From the NCBI GenBank assembly GCA_965602015.1, contig OZ271918.1, positions 352,001-416,000 of the forward strand: a DNA stretch of 64,000 nt, read 5' to 3'. A model generated the notes under the pieces. It was not told the origin of the DNA. It ran no database searches and saw only the letters and a list, made by a program, of their open reading frames with translations. Source of the stretch: Salinispira sp. GTDB lineage: Bacteria > Spirochaetota > Spirochaetia > DSM-27196 > Salinispiraceae. Numbering within the stretch: the first letter of the stretch is position 1; every line of letters begins with the position of its first letter. This document shows positions 17,908 to 27,869 of the stretch, in pieces. Made by a program: the position numbers and the translations under genes.

Positions 17908-18051
17908 TGCCCCGAAAACAGCTGATTTAAACCCTCTAACATTTATATCAGACAGGATTTAACCGCTGTCCACCGCATGCAGAGGTAAATACTATGGTTA
18001 ATCATTCTCGTACCGTGTTTTAGCACTCGCAAATCAGCTGTTTTCGGGGCA
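17908..18051. mobile_element. 144-bp MITE/REPIN-like doublet of the repeat
   Basis: 21-bp perfect IR TGCCCCGAAAACAGCTGATTT at 17908-17928 and 18031-18051 around a 102-bp non-coding core. Confidence 0.85.
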
Positions 18052-18053
18052 GT

Positions 18054-18350
18054 TCACCGTTTTTGCAGCCAGCTGACAAATCTCCTGATTTCCGGTTCGG
18101 CTTCAAGGGCATCCAGGGTGTTTAAACGCCTGCCAAGTTCTTTTTCGCTGAAGTGCCGATGAATGTGTTCATGGCAGTCCTTGCACAGGTCTATGCCTCT
18201 TGTGCGCATATCCATCGGGTCAAAATTCTTGCGGAACCATTTATTCCTGTGGCATGTCCGGGGAATGAGATGGTGAAAGGAAAGAGGTTTGACCCTGCCG
18301 CATAATCTGCAGGACTCTCCGGTTTTTTCTGGACGGGTATTCACTGGCAT
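18054..18350 (-). CDS. small HNH-like zinc-binding protein (YisB-like)
   Basis: CRLCGR...FHHLIP...LCKDCHEHIH...LNTLDAL. Confidence 0.75.
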   Translation of the reverse strand: MPVNTRPEKTGESCRLCGRVKPLSFHHLIPRTCHRNKWFRKNFDPMDMRTRGIDLCKDCHEHIHRHFSEKELGRRLNTLDALEAEPEIRRFVSWLQKR

Positions 18351-18460
18351 GCTTAAGAAAGTACCGCCGAGGTCCCTTCCGCGGCAAATACCGGTGCGGA
18401 GCATTCTCTCTTGCCATGAGCGCCGGCGGGAGCGAGAATGAGGTATGAGGAGACGCAGAA

Positions 18461-18973
18461 ATGGAAAACAGCGGTGAAATGATTTCACGGGGGGATATCC
18501 TCGAAGATATTCGCACACTTTTTTTGGAGGCCGCAGTGGGCCCTGAGGATCCCAGGGAAACCTGGTTCACCGATAATGAAGAGGGATCGGGCATTCTCGG
18601 ATCGGTGGGTCAGCTCAGCGCGAAAGCGGCATTTTCCGAAAAGGTTCCCGGCCTGGACAGCATTGCAGCTCATGTTCAGCATGTGAGCTTTTTCGTAAAT
18701 CTGGCTGTTCGGGCGTATCGGGGTGATAATGCTTATGAAGGGGCTGACTGGACCGGCAGCTGGAAAATCCGTGAAAAAACACCTTCGGAGTGGCAGCGCA
18801 TCCTCAATGAACTTGAATCGGCGGTGAACAACATCAGCGCAGAACTAAAGCGCGGAATTGACCTCGATGTTTTCCCCATACGGCGGGGCAGCATGGCTCT
18901 GGTGGCCCACTGCGCATGGCATCTCGGAGCCATCCGGCAGCTGCTGGTGCTTGTCAATTCTCCCGGGCAGTAA
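18461..18973 (+). CDS. DinB/YfiT-like protein
   Basis: SIAAHVQHV...ADWTGSW...AHCAWHLGAIRQ His pattern. Confidence 0.75.
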   Translation: MENSGEMISRGDILEDIRTLFLEAAVGPEDPRETWFTDNEEGSGILGSVGQLSAKAAFSEKVPGLDSIAAHVQHVSFFVNLAVRAYRGDNAYEGADWTGSWKIREKTPSEWQRILNELESAVNNISAELKRGIDLDVFPIRRGSMALVAHCAWHLGAIRQLLVLVNSPGQ

Positions 18974-19793
18974 GGGACTCATCTCCAATTACGATTTTCT
19001 TCAAGCCCGCAAGCCATGGCGCCAGGGCACCGTCGTGCTTGATATGAGCCTTGTCGTCTGCCCTTGTGGGGCCCAGGTTTATTACTGCAAGAGTCTTTCC
19101 CTTTTTTACCGCATGCTCGGCGAATCGCAGCCCCGAGCGGACTGTGAGCGATGAGCCGAGCACAAGCAATACATCCGCTTCATCGACCAGGGCATAGGAT
19201 TGATCCACCCGCGGCCGGGGCACATTCTCACCGAAAAAAACCACATCGGGTTTTATCGTTCCCCCGCAGAACCTGCAGGAAGGAGGGTGAAAGCCCCGGC
19301 TTTCCTCACGGCCGATAATAGCGTCTCCGTCGGGGGTGATGGTCGCCAGGCGATCCGTCCAAGCGGGATTGCTTTCGATCATCCGATCCTGCAAATCCTG
19401 TCGGTCTTCCATTTTACCGCAGTCCAGGCAGACGACCCGCCTGAGGCTGCCGTGAAGCTCAACTATCTCCCGGCTCCCCGCTTTGTAGTGAAGGTGATCC
19501 ACGTTCTGGGTTATTATTCCGATGACGACCTCGTGGTTTTCCAGTTCCGCAAGCGCCCTGTGAGATTCGTTCGGTTCCCGGTCTCTGATCCAGGGCCAGC
19601 CGATGGCCGACCGGGCCCAGTAATAGCGTCGGAAATCCGGAGAGCTCAGGAACTGCTTTATGGTCAGCGGGGATGAAGGGCGTCTGCGGCCGGTCTCTCC
19701 CCGGTAGTCGGGAATGCCCGAATCGGTGCTGATTCCCGCGCCGCTGAGCACGGCGATGGATTTATCAATAAATGCGGCATAGCTGTTGTCCAT
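18954..19793 (-). CDS. NAD-dependent deacylase, sirtuin (class II-like)
   Basis: GAGISTDSGIPDYRG, YWARS, TQNVD, ELHG, CxxC x2, KPDVVFFGE. Confidence 0.93.
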   Translation of the reverse strand: MDNSYAAFIDKSIAVLSGAGISTDSGIPDYRGETGRRRPSSPLTIKQFLSSPDFRRYYWARSAIGWPWIRDREPNESHRALAELENHEVVIGIITQNVDHLHYKAGSREIVELHGSLRRVVCLDCGKMEDRQDLQDRMIESNPAWTDRLATITPDGDAIIGREESRGFHPPSCRFCGGTIKPDVVFFGENVPRPRVDQSYALVDEADVLLVLGSSLTVRSGLRFAEHAVKKGKTLAVINLGPTRADDKAHIKHDGALAPWLAGLKKIVIGDESLTAREN

Positions 19794-19888
19794 CGCCTAA
19801 ATATAGCACTTCAACAGCCAGTCGTGGACCGGCTGCTGTGCGGCCCTTCATCCTTGACCCGGGCCCGGGGCTGACCTATGCTCATCAC

Positions 19889-22378
19889 ATGTACGTTACG
19901 AAATTCCCCAGTCCGGATAATTACCGACCCGTCGGAATGAGCGAAGATGGAAGCGAAAGCAGCTGGTACCGCCGGGATGACAACATCCTTGCGCTCACCA
20001 TCAGAAACCAGCGCTGGGACGCCGATGACGGATTACTGGATTTTAGTCCGGAAGGCCGCCAGGAATACCGAATGGTGGAGCCCTCGGATGCGCCGGAACC
20101 CGCTGTATCAGATCCGGATGCGCCAGAACCCACCGCATCAGATCCGCAAGCGCCGGAGGCCGCTCCTTTGAGCACGGGTGCGCCGAAGCCCGACGGGGGA
20201 GGCGAAGTCCTGCCGGGTATTTATCCCAGTCATACCGGAGATGGCGGAGTCGCCATCAACTGGAACGGCGAGGCCCTCTTGCAAACAACCGGTTTGAGCA
20301 TTGGAGGTCCCGAGGGCCGCTCCTGGATTCTGAGTTTTCACCACAATCCTGATTACTCATTCTACGGCCTTGGTGAAAAGAACGGCAGTCTGGAGCACAG
20401 CGGCCGTCAGACCACATTCTGGAATACCGATGTGATGGGGGATTTTCCAGGCGAATGGATAACCGAGGGACTTCCGGACCCCCTGTACATTTCAATTCCT
20501 TATGTCCTCATCCGCTGCGACAAAACCCGCTGGATCGGCGTGTTTTCCGACAACATGTACCGCAGTCACATGTCCCTGGGCGCAAACCCCCATATCGAAC
20601 TTATTGAACACCGGGATGTGCCGGCCCAGTTTTTCATCGCCGCCGAGGACGGAACCCCTCGGCTGCACTTTATCGCCGGAGATAGTCCGTCTCAGGTGAC
20701 CAGAAGCGTATACCGGCTTCTTGGCCGCCACGAACGACCGCCCCTGTGGTCCCTCGGTCATCATCAAAGCCGCTGGGGCTATGCATCCCGGGACGATTTG
20801 CTGGCCGTCCGCCATGGCTACGCCGAACACAAAATCCCTAATGACGGGTTGTGGCTCGATATCGATTACATGGACGGATACCGGGTCTTCACGTTTAATT
20901 CGGATCACTTTCCCTCGGTCCAAAGCGACCTGGAGACAATCCAGGCGGAGGGTCAGTACGTGATACCCATTCTCGACCCCGGGGTAAAACGCGATCCCGC
21001 CTATGCTGTGTATAACGAGGGGCATGAACAGGGGTATTTCTGCCGAAATTCCGCCGGCGGCGAGTACGTGGGCTATGTTTGGCCGGGAGAAACCGTATTT
21101 CCCGACTTTTCCCTGGAAACCGTGCGGCGGTGGTGGGCGTCCCATGTCGCCCGGCTTATCCGCCTCGGGATTCGCGGTTTTTGGGTTGATATGAACGAAC
21201 CGGCCACCGGCAGCGCCGATCCCATGGAAATGCGCTTCAGGAATGGAAGCATGCCTCACGGCTACTTTCACAACAGTTACGCCCTCGGAATGCAGCAGGC
21301 GACTCATCTGGGGTTCCAGAATGCCGCTCCGGATCTGCGCCCCTTTATCCTCAGCAGGGCGGGGAGTCCGGGTACTTCCCGGTATGCCGCAGTGTGGCTG
21401 GGAGACAGTGTCAGCAACTATCATCACCTCGCCCAGGCGCTTGTCACCGGCATGAACCTCGGACTTTCGGGGATTGCCATCTGGGGCGCCGATGTACCGG
21501 GCTTCGCCGGAGATGCCGACGGTCAGCTTGCCCTCGACTGGTATAAGTCGGCCTTCCTCCAGCCCTTCTTGAGAAACCATTCCTGTCTAGGCACCGCCGA
21601 TCAGGAGCCCTGGCAGTTCGGCAGCAGCGTGCGCCGGGCAATTACCCGGTATATCAGGCTGCGCTACCGCTTTCTGCCTTACCTCTACAACCTTCATATA
21701 CTGCAGGAGGAGCGGGGCGAACCCCTTCTCACGCCCCTGTGGTATCACTTTCCCGAGGTCTGGTCCGAATGCCCCAATACGTCTGATCAGTTTATGGTGG
21801 GATCAGGGGTAATGCAGGCGCCATTTGTGCAGGCCGAACAGCAGAAGCGGGATGTCTATTTGCCGCCCGGCGGCTGGTACGACGCCGCGGAAGGCCGCTG
21901 GCGAAGCGGCGGGCGCAACATCGTCTGCGAACGGGACCATACAGCGACGCCCCTGTTTTTCCGGGAGCACAGCGCCATTGTTCTGCAGGCCGGCACGAGG
22001 AAAAGCAATAAGAATGATCTTTCGAACATCGAAATCCATGTCATCCTGCGGAAAAAATCAAAGGGCAGCGTGAAGGGCCGGTATGTCAGCGATGACGGGC
22101 TCACCCGGGGATACACCCGGGGAAATGAAACCCGGGTGGAATATACCCTAAAAGCCCGGGGAGATAGTCTCGATGTCACCCTGGAGCATCGATTGCAGGG
22201 CCACGGTCCCCTGCGGATTGCTCTGGTTCTCTACGACGATTTTGAGAGCGTTATTCTGAATTCCTCCAGCGGAAAACTGCACAACAAAAAACCAGCGGTA
22301 AAGGAAATTCGCGAAAATTATGTCGGTAGTGATCTTTCCCTTCGCCGGACCAAGAGTTTCCTTTTTATCCTGAGATAG
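19889..22378 (+). CDS. GH31 alpha-glucosidase
   Basis: HQSRWGY, LDIDYMDG, WVDMNEP nucleophile, GADVPGF, FLRNH. Confidence 0.93.
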   Translation: MYVTKFPSPDNYRPVGMSEDGSESSWYRRDDNILALTIRNQRWDADDGLLDFSPEGRQEYRMVEPSDAPEPAVSDPDAPEPTASDPQAPEAAPLSTGAPKPDGGGEVLPGIYPSHTGDGGVAINWNGEALLQTTGLSIGGPEGRSWILSFHHNPDYSFYGLGEKNGSLEHSGRQTTFWNTDVMGDFPGEWITEGLPDPLYISIPYVLIRCDKTRWIGVFSDNMYRSHMSLGANPHIELIEHRDVPAQFFIAAEDGTPRLHFIAGDSPSQVTRSVYRLLGRHERPPLWSLGHHQSRWGYASRDDLLAVRHGYAEHKIPNDGLWLDIDYMDGYRVFTFNSDHFPSVQSDLETIQAEGQYVIPILDPGVKRDPAYAVYNEGHEQGYFCRNSAGGEYVGYVWPGETVFPDFSLETVRRWWASHVARLIRLGIRGFWVDMNEPATGSADPMEMRFRNGSMPHGYFHNSYALGMQQATHLGFQNAAPDLRPFILSRAGSPGTSRYAAVWLGDSVSNYHHLAQALVTGMNLGLSGIAIWGADVPGFAGDADGQLALDWYKSAFLQPFLRNHSCLGTADQEPWQFGSSVRRAITRYIRLRYRFLPYLYNLHILQEERGEPLLTPLWYHFPEVWSECPNTSDQFMVGSGVMQAPFVQAEQQKRDVYLPPGGWYDAAEGRWRSGGRNIVCERDHTATPLFFREHSAIVLQAGTRKSNKNDLSNIEIHVILRKKSKGSVKGRYVSDDGLTRGYTRGNETRVEYTLKARGDSLDVTLEHRLQGHGPLRIALVLYDDFESVILNSSSGKLHNKKPAVKEIRENYVGSDLSLRRTKSFLFILR
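20085..20157 (+). repeat. in-frame 30-bp tandem repeat (about 2.5 copies) in the GH31 gene
   Basis: Encodes DAPEPAVSDP-DAPEPTASDP-QAPE. Confidence 0.8.
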
Positions 22379-22383
22379 CCCGC

Positions 22384-22412
22384 TTGACTTTTGAGACCGG
22401 CGGACGTACTAT
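22384..22412 (+). promoter_or_regulatory. sigma70-type promoter upstream of the TPP riboswitch
   Basis: TTGACT - 17 nt - TACTAT. Confidence 0.7.
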
Positions 22413-22420
22413 CTGATACA

Positions 22421-22504
22421 CAACCTGGGGAGCTGGGAAACCGGCTGAGAGGAAGCACGCGCTTCGACCCGCGACCTGATCTGGATAATGCCAGCGTAGG
22501 GAAT
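22421..22504 (+). promoter_or_regulatory. TPP riboswitch (THI box)
   Basis: GGGGAGC...GGCTGAGA...ACCCGCGACCTGATCTGGATAATGCCAGCGTAGGGAA consensus upstream of thiamine-related genes. Confidence 0.95.
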
Positions 22505-22535
22505 ATATTTGCCGCTCCTGCGGCGGAAACCATTC

Positions 22536-22570
22536 CCCCAACGCCGTTTTGCGCGCAGTTGGGTTTTTTT
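22536..22570 (+). terminator. putative terminator of the TPP expression platform
   Basis: CCCAAC...GTTGGG followed by a T-run. Confidence 0.55.
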
Positions 22571-22663
22571 ATATCCATCCGGTCCGGTTATAGACTCCCC
22601 GTATTTTTTTACAGGCAGCCCGCCGCGAGTTCTCGCACGGACGGAGTTGCCGGAGGAGTTAGT

Positions 22664-22954
22664 ATGGAACCCGATGTGCACCTGAGTCTTCAGATTCTCC
22701 CGGCTGTCGATCAGGCCGAGCTGTATCCCACCATCGATAAGGTCATCGATTATATAGCCGCCAGCGGTTATCCCCACTGGGTGGGACCCATGGAAACCAC
22801 CATCCAGGGACCCCTGAGCGAACTACTTAACATTGTGAAAGAGGCCCAGAAAATCTGTGAAGAAGCGGGAGCGGAGCGCATAATTTCCTTCGTCAAAATC
22901 GATTACAAGACCCACGGTGTGAAATATGAAGAAAAAATGGCCCGTTACCGGTAG
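22664..22954 (+). CDS. thiamine-binding protein (YkoF/DUF77-like)
   Basis: GGAGG RBS; SLQILP, IDKVIDYI, VGPMETT, SFVKID. Confidence 0.85.
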   Translation: MEPDVHLSLQILPAVDQAELYPTIDKVIDYIAASGYPHWVGPMETTIQGPLSELLNIVKEAQKICEEAGAERIISFVKIDYKTHGVKYEEKMARYR

Positions 22955-23699
22955 TTACCTGCCGGCCGCCGGGGTCGTGATTGGGCTAATCCTGCTCTGG
23001 CAGCTGGCTTCGCCGCTGTTGCCCCCGTACATACTTCCGGCGCCAAGCGCTATCGGGGCGGCTTTTGTGCAGAACTTCCCGATTATGGCCGAGCACGCCC
23101 TTTCGACTATGAACGCCGCCGCCCTGGGAATAGTCATCGCGTTGCTGCTCGCCCTGGCATCGGCGGTGCTGATGGACGCGTTTCCGCCGCTGTACGATGT
23201 GTTTTATCCCCTGGCTGTGGTCAGTCAGACCATCCCGCTCATAGCGGTTGCGCCGCTGTTTGTCCTCTGGTTCGGATTCGGTCCGGTTCCGAAGATTCTT
23301 GCGGTGATTCTCGTCTGTTTCTTTCCCATCCTCGTCAATCTTTTAAAGAGTTTTCAGTCTCTGGACCGGGAGTATGTCGAGCTGATGAGGAGCATGGGGG
23401 CGTCCCGGGCGGATATTTACCGCCACGTAAAGCTTCCCGGGACCCTGCCCTCGTTTTTCGCCGGCCTGAGAATCGCCGCGACCTATTCCATCATGGGTGC
23501 GGTCATCGGCGAGTGGCTCGGCGGAGCCGAAGGGTTAGGGGTATACCTTATCCGGAGTCAAAAATCCTTTGCGGCGGCCCGGGTGTTCGCCGCCATTCTT
23601 ATGATTATTGTGCTGAGCGCCGGTTTTTTTCTGCTTGTGATGGTCGGAGAATATCTTTTTCTTCCCTATGCCAGGCGGGACAAGGCCGAAGCGAAGTAG
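22926..23699 (+). CDS. thiamine/HMP ABC transporter permease
   Basis: LPAPS, QTIPLIAVAPL, EAA-like MRSMGAS, GAVIGEW. Confidence 0.9.
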   Translation: MKKKWPVTGSYLPAAGVVIGLILLWQLASPLLPPYILPAPSAIGAAFVQNFPIMAEHALSTMNAAALGIVIALLLALASAVLMDAFPPLYDVFYPLAVVSQTIPLIAVAPLFVLWFGFGPVPKILAVILVCFFPILVNLLKSFQSLDREYVELMRSMGASRADIYRHVKLPGTLPSFFAGLRIAATYSIMGAVIGEWLGGAEGLGVYLIRSQKSFAAARVFAAILMIIVLSAGFFLLVMVGEYLFLPYARRDKAEAK

Positions 23700-23750
23700 G
23701 GGCGGCCCGGCCGCATACCTGCGAAGATACTTACTTAAAGGAGTGCGTAC

Positions 23751-24749
23751 ATGAGACGCCTATTTTCGTTTTTATTGATAATTGTCTGGAGTATTGTTCT
23801 TTCCGGGGGGCTGTTTGCCGCCGGCAGCGGTGAAGCAGATCCTCAGGCGGAGAGCCTGATTCTGACCCTTGACTGGGTGCCGAATACCAACCATATCGGA
23901 GCCTACGTGGCCCGGGATCTGGGATATTTTGCCGAAGAGGGACTGGATGTGCGGATAGTTCAACCCGCCGAGGCCACGGCAGAGACCCTGGTGGCCGCCG
24001 GCCGTGCGGACTTCGGCTATTCATACCAGGAATCCGTGACCTTCGCCCGCACCGCTGAAGATGCCCTTCCGGTGGTCGCCCTGGCTGCGGTTATCCAGCA
24101 CAACACGTCGGGCTTCGCGTCTCCGGCGGACCGGGGCATCGAGACCCTGGCCGACCTGGTGGGCAAAATCTATGGAGGCTGGGGTTCCCCGGTGGAAACC
24201 GCCATGCTGCAGACCCTCCTGGAAAATGAGGGCGCCGGACTTGATGATATCCGGGTGCTCAACACCGGTGCCGCGGACTTCTTTGCCGCCAGTGACCGTG
24301 AAGTTGATTTTTCATGGGTTTTCGAGGGCTGGACCGTGGTCGAAGCGGAGATCCGGGGCGTCCAGCTGAACTATCTCGATCTGGCGGAACTGGATCCGGT
24401 ATTCGATTATTACACCCCGGTAATTATCGCCAGCGAGGAAACCCTGGAGGACAGACCGGAAACCGTGCGGCGCTTCCTGCGCGCCATGAGCCGGGGCTAC
24501 CAATACGCCATCAGCCGGCCGGCGGATGCTGCCGGCATTCTGGTGGAAGCGGTTCCCGAGATCAGCGCAGACCTGGCGACCGCCAGTCTGGAGTTTCTTC
24601 AGGATGAGTTTGTCGCAGAAGCGCCGCGGTGGGGATATATGCGGGAAGAGGTATGGCAGCGCTATGCCGACTGGCTCCACGACAATTCCCTGATTCCCCG
24701 GGAACTTGATGTCGATTCCAGCTATACCAATGACTTCCTCCCCCAATAA
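23751..24749 (+). CDS. NMT1/THI5-like ABC substrate-binding protein
   Basis: Signal peptide; LDWVPNTNH, GYFAEEGLDV, DYYTPVI. Confidence 0.92.
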   Translation: MRRLFSFLLIIVWSIVLSGGLFAAGSGEADPQAESLILTLDWVPNTNHIGAYVARDLGYFAEEGLDVRIVQPAEATAETLVAAGRADFGYSYQESVTFARTAEDALPVVALAAVIQHNTSGFASPADRGIETLADLVGKIYGGWGSPVETAMLQTLLENEGAGLDDIRVLNTGAADFFAASDREVDFSWVFEGWTVVEAEIRGVQLNYLDLAELDPVFDYYTPVIIASEETLEDRPETVRRFLRAMSRGYQYAISRPADAAGILVEAVPEISADLATASLEFLQDEFVAEAPRWGYMREEVWQRYADWLHDNSLIPRELDVDSSYTNDFLPQ

Positions 24750-25488
24750 GCAGAATCTGGAAGTAGGCTCCCTGTACTACCGCTACGGGGGGCTTCCGGT
24801 TCTCGAGGATATCAGTTTCGGTGTCCGCCCCGGTGAGGGAGTGGCCATACTTGGCCCAAGCGGCTGCGGCAAGAGCACCCTTCTTCACATAATCGCCGGG
24901 CTTTTGGAAGTGGAGTCCGGAGACGTCCGCTTCGACGATAAATCGATGACTGGCCGCCCCGGCTGGATCAGCTACATGCAGCAGGATGATTTACTGCTGC
25001 CCTGGAAAACCGTAGAGGCCAATATCTGCCTTCCCCTCATTATAAAGGGAATTGATGCCCGGCGCGCCAGGAAGCAGGTCGACGATCAGCTTGAGGAATT
25101 CGGACTGGAGGGTTTTGCCGATCATTATCCGGATCAGCTCTCCGGAGGCATGCGGCAGAGGGCTGCGTTTATGCGCTCCTGCATGTTTCGCCAGGACTTC
25201 CTGCTTCTCGATGAACCGTTCTCCCGACTGGACTATCTCACCCGCCGGGGCATGCATCAGTGGTTTATGAAATATCTCGAAGAGCACAGGCCGGGCTTTG
25301 TTCTGGTCACCCATGACCCAAGGGAGGCTCTGTTACTGGCCGACAGGGTGCTTGTTCTCAGTTCGAGGCCGGCGAAAATCATCGACAGCATCGAGCTGAA
25401 TGCCCCCCGGAACCGGGACGGCGAGTACCTCTCCAGCCCCGAGGCCCGAGATGCAATGGAGCGGATTGTTGCAAAAGCACTGACATGA
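24730..25488 (+). CDS. ABC transporter ATP-binding protein
   Basis: GPSGCGKST, LSGGMRQR, LLLDEPF, VTHD. Confidence 0.93.
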   Translation: MTSSPNKQNLEVGSLYYRYGGLPVLEDISFGVRPGEGVAILGPSGCGKSTLLHIIAGLLEVESGDVRFDDKSMTGRPGWISYMQQDDLLLPWKTVEANICLPLIIKGIDARRARKQVDDQLEEFGLEGFADHYPDQLSGGMRQRAAFMRSCMFRQDFLLLDEPFSRLDYLTRRGMHQWFMKYLEEHRPGFVLVTHDPREALLLADRVLVLSSRPAKIIDSIELNAPRNRDGEYLSSPEARDAMERIVAKALT

Positions 25489-25503
25489 CGGTAATATGCC
25501 CCA

Positions 25504-27003
25504 ATGAAGCTCAAGTCCGGGGCGATTAATGCTGCCCGAGTGTACATGATCGGCATAAAAGGCACCGGAATGTCCGCCCTTGCAGAGCTGCTGGCCGGGG
25601 AAGGGGCTGCGGTAAGCGGTTCCGACGTCGGGGAGCGCTTTTACACCGACGCTATCCTTGAAAAAAACCGGATTCCGGTTAACCAGGGCTTCCGCGCCGA
25701 TCAGGTTCCGGAAGATGCCGACCTGGTAGTTTACTCGCCCGCCTATGATATTCACAGTCATCCCGAGCTTCTGAGGGCCCGGGCCCTGGGTCATGCCCCC
25801 CTGGAATACACAAAGGCTTTGGGAGAGTACAGCTCGAGCCTTCCCCTCGCGGCGGTTTCGGGCATCCACGGCAAAACCACAACCACCGCCATGATCGGCG
25901 CCATAATCAAGGCTCTGGACCTGCCCGCAAAGGTGTTGGTCGGCTCCGCGGTGAGCAATTTCGGAGGGAGTCCGACCTTTAACAACGGCAACCGCTTTAT
26001 GGTCGCCGAGACCTGCGAGTACCGCCGGCATTTTCTGGACTTCTCCCCCGATCATATCCTGATAACCAGCATTGAGCCGGATCACCTCGACTATTTTTCT
26101 GATGAGGATGATGTCCGGCAGGCGTTTTGCGAATTCATGGACCTTCTGCCTTCGGACGGCCGGGTGGTCTATTGCGCTGATGACCCCGGAGCCAAGGAAA
26201 CTGTAGAAGGCTATGTGGCTCAACGAACTGATGTCACTGCCGTGCCCTACGGCTTTGAAGCCGCTGGCGATTACCGCCTGGAGGCCCTGGCTTCCGAAGA
26301 CGGCGTACAGCGTTTTAGTCTTTCGGGTTACCGGCAGACCTTTTCATTGCCGTATCCCGGCATCCACTCCTTAAGGAATGCCGCCGGGGCTATGGCCCTT
26401 TTGGGCTCCATTCTCGGGCGGTCCGCTTCACAGATGGATGAAGATTTTGGCGCTGATATGGCGAAAGCCCTGGCCGGCTTCTCGGGAACAACCCGGCGAA
26501 ATGAAATTGTTGCCGATATCGGCGGGGTGAGGATAATCGACGACTATGCCCACCACCCGACGGCTATCCGGACAACTCTTGCGGGTTTCCGTACCTTTTA
26601 CGGCTCCCGGCGTCTCATCGTCGATTTTATGTCCCACACCTATAGCAGAACTTCCGCCCTCCTCGATGAGTTCGCCCGGGCGTTTGCAGACGCGGATATC
26701 CTCATTCTCAACGAGATTTACGCTTCCGCACGGGAGCATAACGATAGCGGGGTAAGCGGCGAGTCCCTGTTCCGTAAGGCACAAGAGCATCACGAGGATG
26801 TCCGCTACATTGCCGATTTCGACGAGGCCGCCACGGCGGTTTTTGCCATAGTCAAGCCGGGAGATGTTTTTGTCACCATGGGTGCAGGAAATAACTGGGA
26901 AATCGGACGCATGCTCCGCGATAAGCTTCTTGCCCGTGATGGCAGCAAAACACCCGGGTCCCGGGCCAGCGGCTTCGACGGAGCCACAGGAGTAAGGAAA
27001 TGA
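25504..27003 (+). CDS. murC: UDP-N-acetylmuramate--L-alanine ligase
   Basis: IGIKGTGMSALA, GIHGKTTTT, IEPDHLDY, DDYAHHPT, HTYSRT, MGAG. Confidence 0.96.
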   Translation: MKLKSGAINAARVYMIGIKGTGMSALAELLAGEGAAVSGSDVGERFYTDAILEKNRIPVNQGFRADQVPEDADLVVYSPAYDIHSHPELLRARALGHAPLEYTKALGEYSSSLPLAAVSGIHGKTTTTAMIGAIIKALDLPAKVLVGSAVSNFGGSPTFNNGNRFMVAETCEYRRHFLDFSPDHILITSIEPDHLDYFSDEDDVRQAFCEFMDLLPSDGRVVYCADDPGAKETVEGYVAQRTDVTAVPYGFEAAGDYRLEALASEDGVQRFSLSGYRQTFSLPYPGIHSLRNAAGAMALLGSILGRSASQMDEDFGADMAKALAGFSGTTRRNEIVADIGGVRIIDDYAHHPTAIRTTLAGFRTFYGSRRLIVDFMSHTYSRTSALLDEFARAFADADILILNEIYASAREHNDSGVSGESLFRKAQEHHEDVRYIADFDEAATAVFAIVKPGDVFVTMGAGNNWEIGRMLRDKLLARDGSKTPGSRASGFDGATGVRK

Positions 27004-27869
27004 TTCAAAGCATGACGGGATACGGCTTCGGAGAGTACAGCGATGACCGATACAATATCTCCGCAGAAATAAAGGGCTACAATAACCGCTATCTGGACAT
27101 CCAGCTCACCATGCCCTCCACCCTCGGCGCAATGGAAAACGAACTTCGGACCTTGATTAAAGAACAGTTCACCCGCGGCCGGGTCGAGGTGTATATCCGG
27201 GTGCAGAGCTCGGAATCTCAGGCCGAAGCCCGGGTCGACCTTTCGCAGGGCAGGGAAATCGCCGATGCCCTGCACACATTAAAGGCCGCAGCAGGCGCGA
27301 AGGGACCGGTCACCCTCGATCATCTTCTGCATTTCGAGGGATTGATTCGCCTGGAAAAGAACCGGGATCCCGAGGCCATCCGGCCGATGATTACCGACTG
27401 CATAAAAAAGGCCGTGGACGATTTTCGCCAGAGCCGGATGAGGGAAGGCGAGACAACGGTGGCGGATATTAATGCCCAGCTCGAGCGCTTTGAACACGGC
27501 TTCGGCGGAATCTCACGACGGGAAAAGGATATTGAAAACCATATCAACTCCCAACTGCGAAGCCGTTTCGCGGAGGTTCTGGGGGATCAGGTTGAGGAGC
27601 AGCGTGTATTAACCGAGCTTGCCGCGCTTGTGGTGAAACATTCAATCAACGAGGAACTCAGCAGGCTGGGCGCTCACATCAGCCAGTTCCGCAGCGAAAT
27701 CGAGGCCGGCGGCGCACTTGGAAAGAGACTTGATTTCCTGTGTCAGGAAATGAACCGGGAAACCAATACCATCGGATCCAAAAATCTCCTCACGGAAATC
27801 TCCTCGTTTGTCATCGAAATGAAGGATGCCCTGGAAAATATCCGGGAACAGCTCAGGAACATAGAATGA
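27000..27869 (+). CDS. yicC: YicC/YloC-family endoribonuclease
   Basis: MIQSMTGYG, NNRYLD, EELSRL, GKRLDFLCQEMNRETNTIGSK, IREQLRNIE. Confidence 0.92.
   Translation: MIQSMTGYGFGEYSDDRYNISAEIKGYNNRYLDIQLTMPSTLGAMENELRTLIKEQFTRGRVEVYIRVQSSESQAEARVDLSQGREIADALHTLKAAAGAKGPVTLDHLLHFEGLIRLEKNRDPEAIRPMITDCIKKAVDDFRQSRMREGETTVADINAQLERFEHGFGGISRREKDIENHINSQLRSRFAEVLGDQVEEQRVLTELAALVVKHSINEELSRLGAHISQFRSEIEAGGALGKRLDFLCQEMNRETNTIGSKNLLTEISSFVIEMKDALENIREQLRNIE

Noticed and set aside
17980..18025. Doublet core as a deletion derivative of the transposase upstream region (8703-8735)
   Set aside because: Only patchy short matches (GGTAA, CTATG, TAATC), not distinguishable from chance by eye.
17908..18350. 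HNH-like ORF plus adjacent doublet as an RNA-guided nuclease (IscB/HEARO-like)
   Set aside because: The protein is a 98-aa YisB-like protein lying outside the IRs, has no RuvC or PLMP motifs, and the same repeat follows unrelated genes elsewhere.
11450..19793. Macro domain plus sirtuin as a SirTM or Sir2 defence system
   Set aside because: The genes are 7 kb apart on opposite strands, the sirtuin looks like an ordinary class II deacylase, and no GcvH-L, lipoate ligase or defence partner is present.
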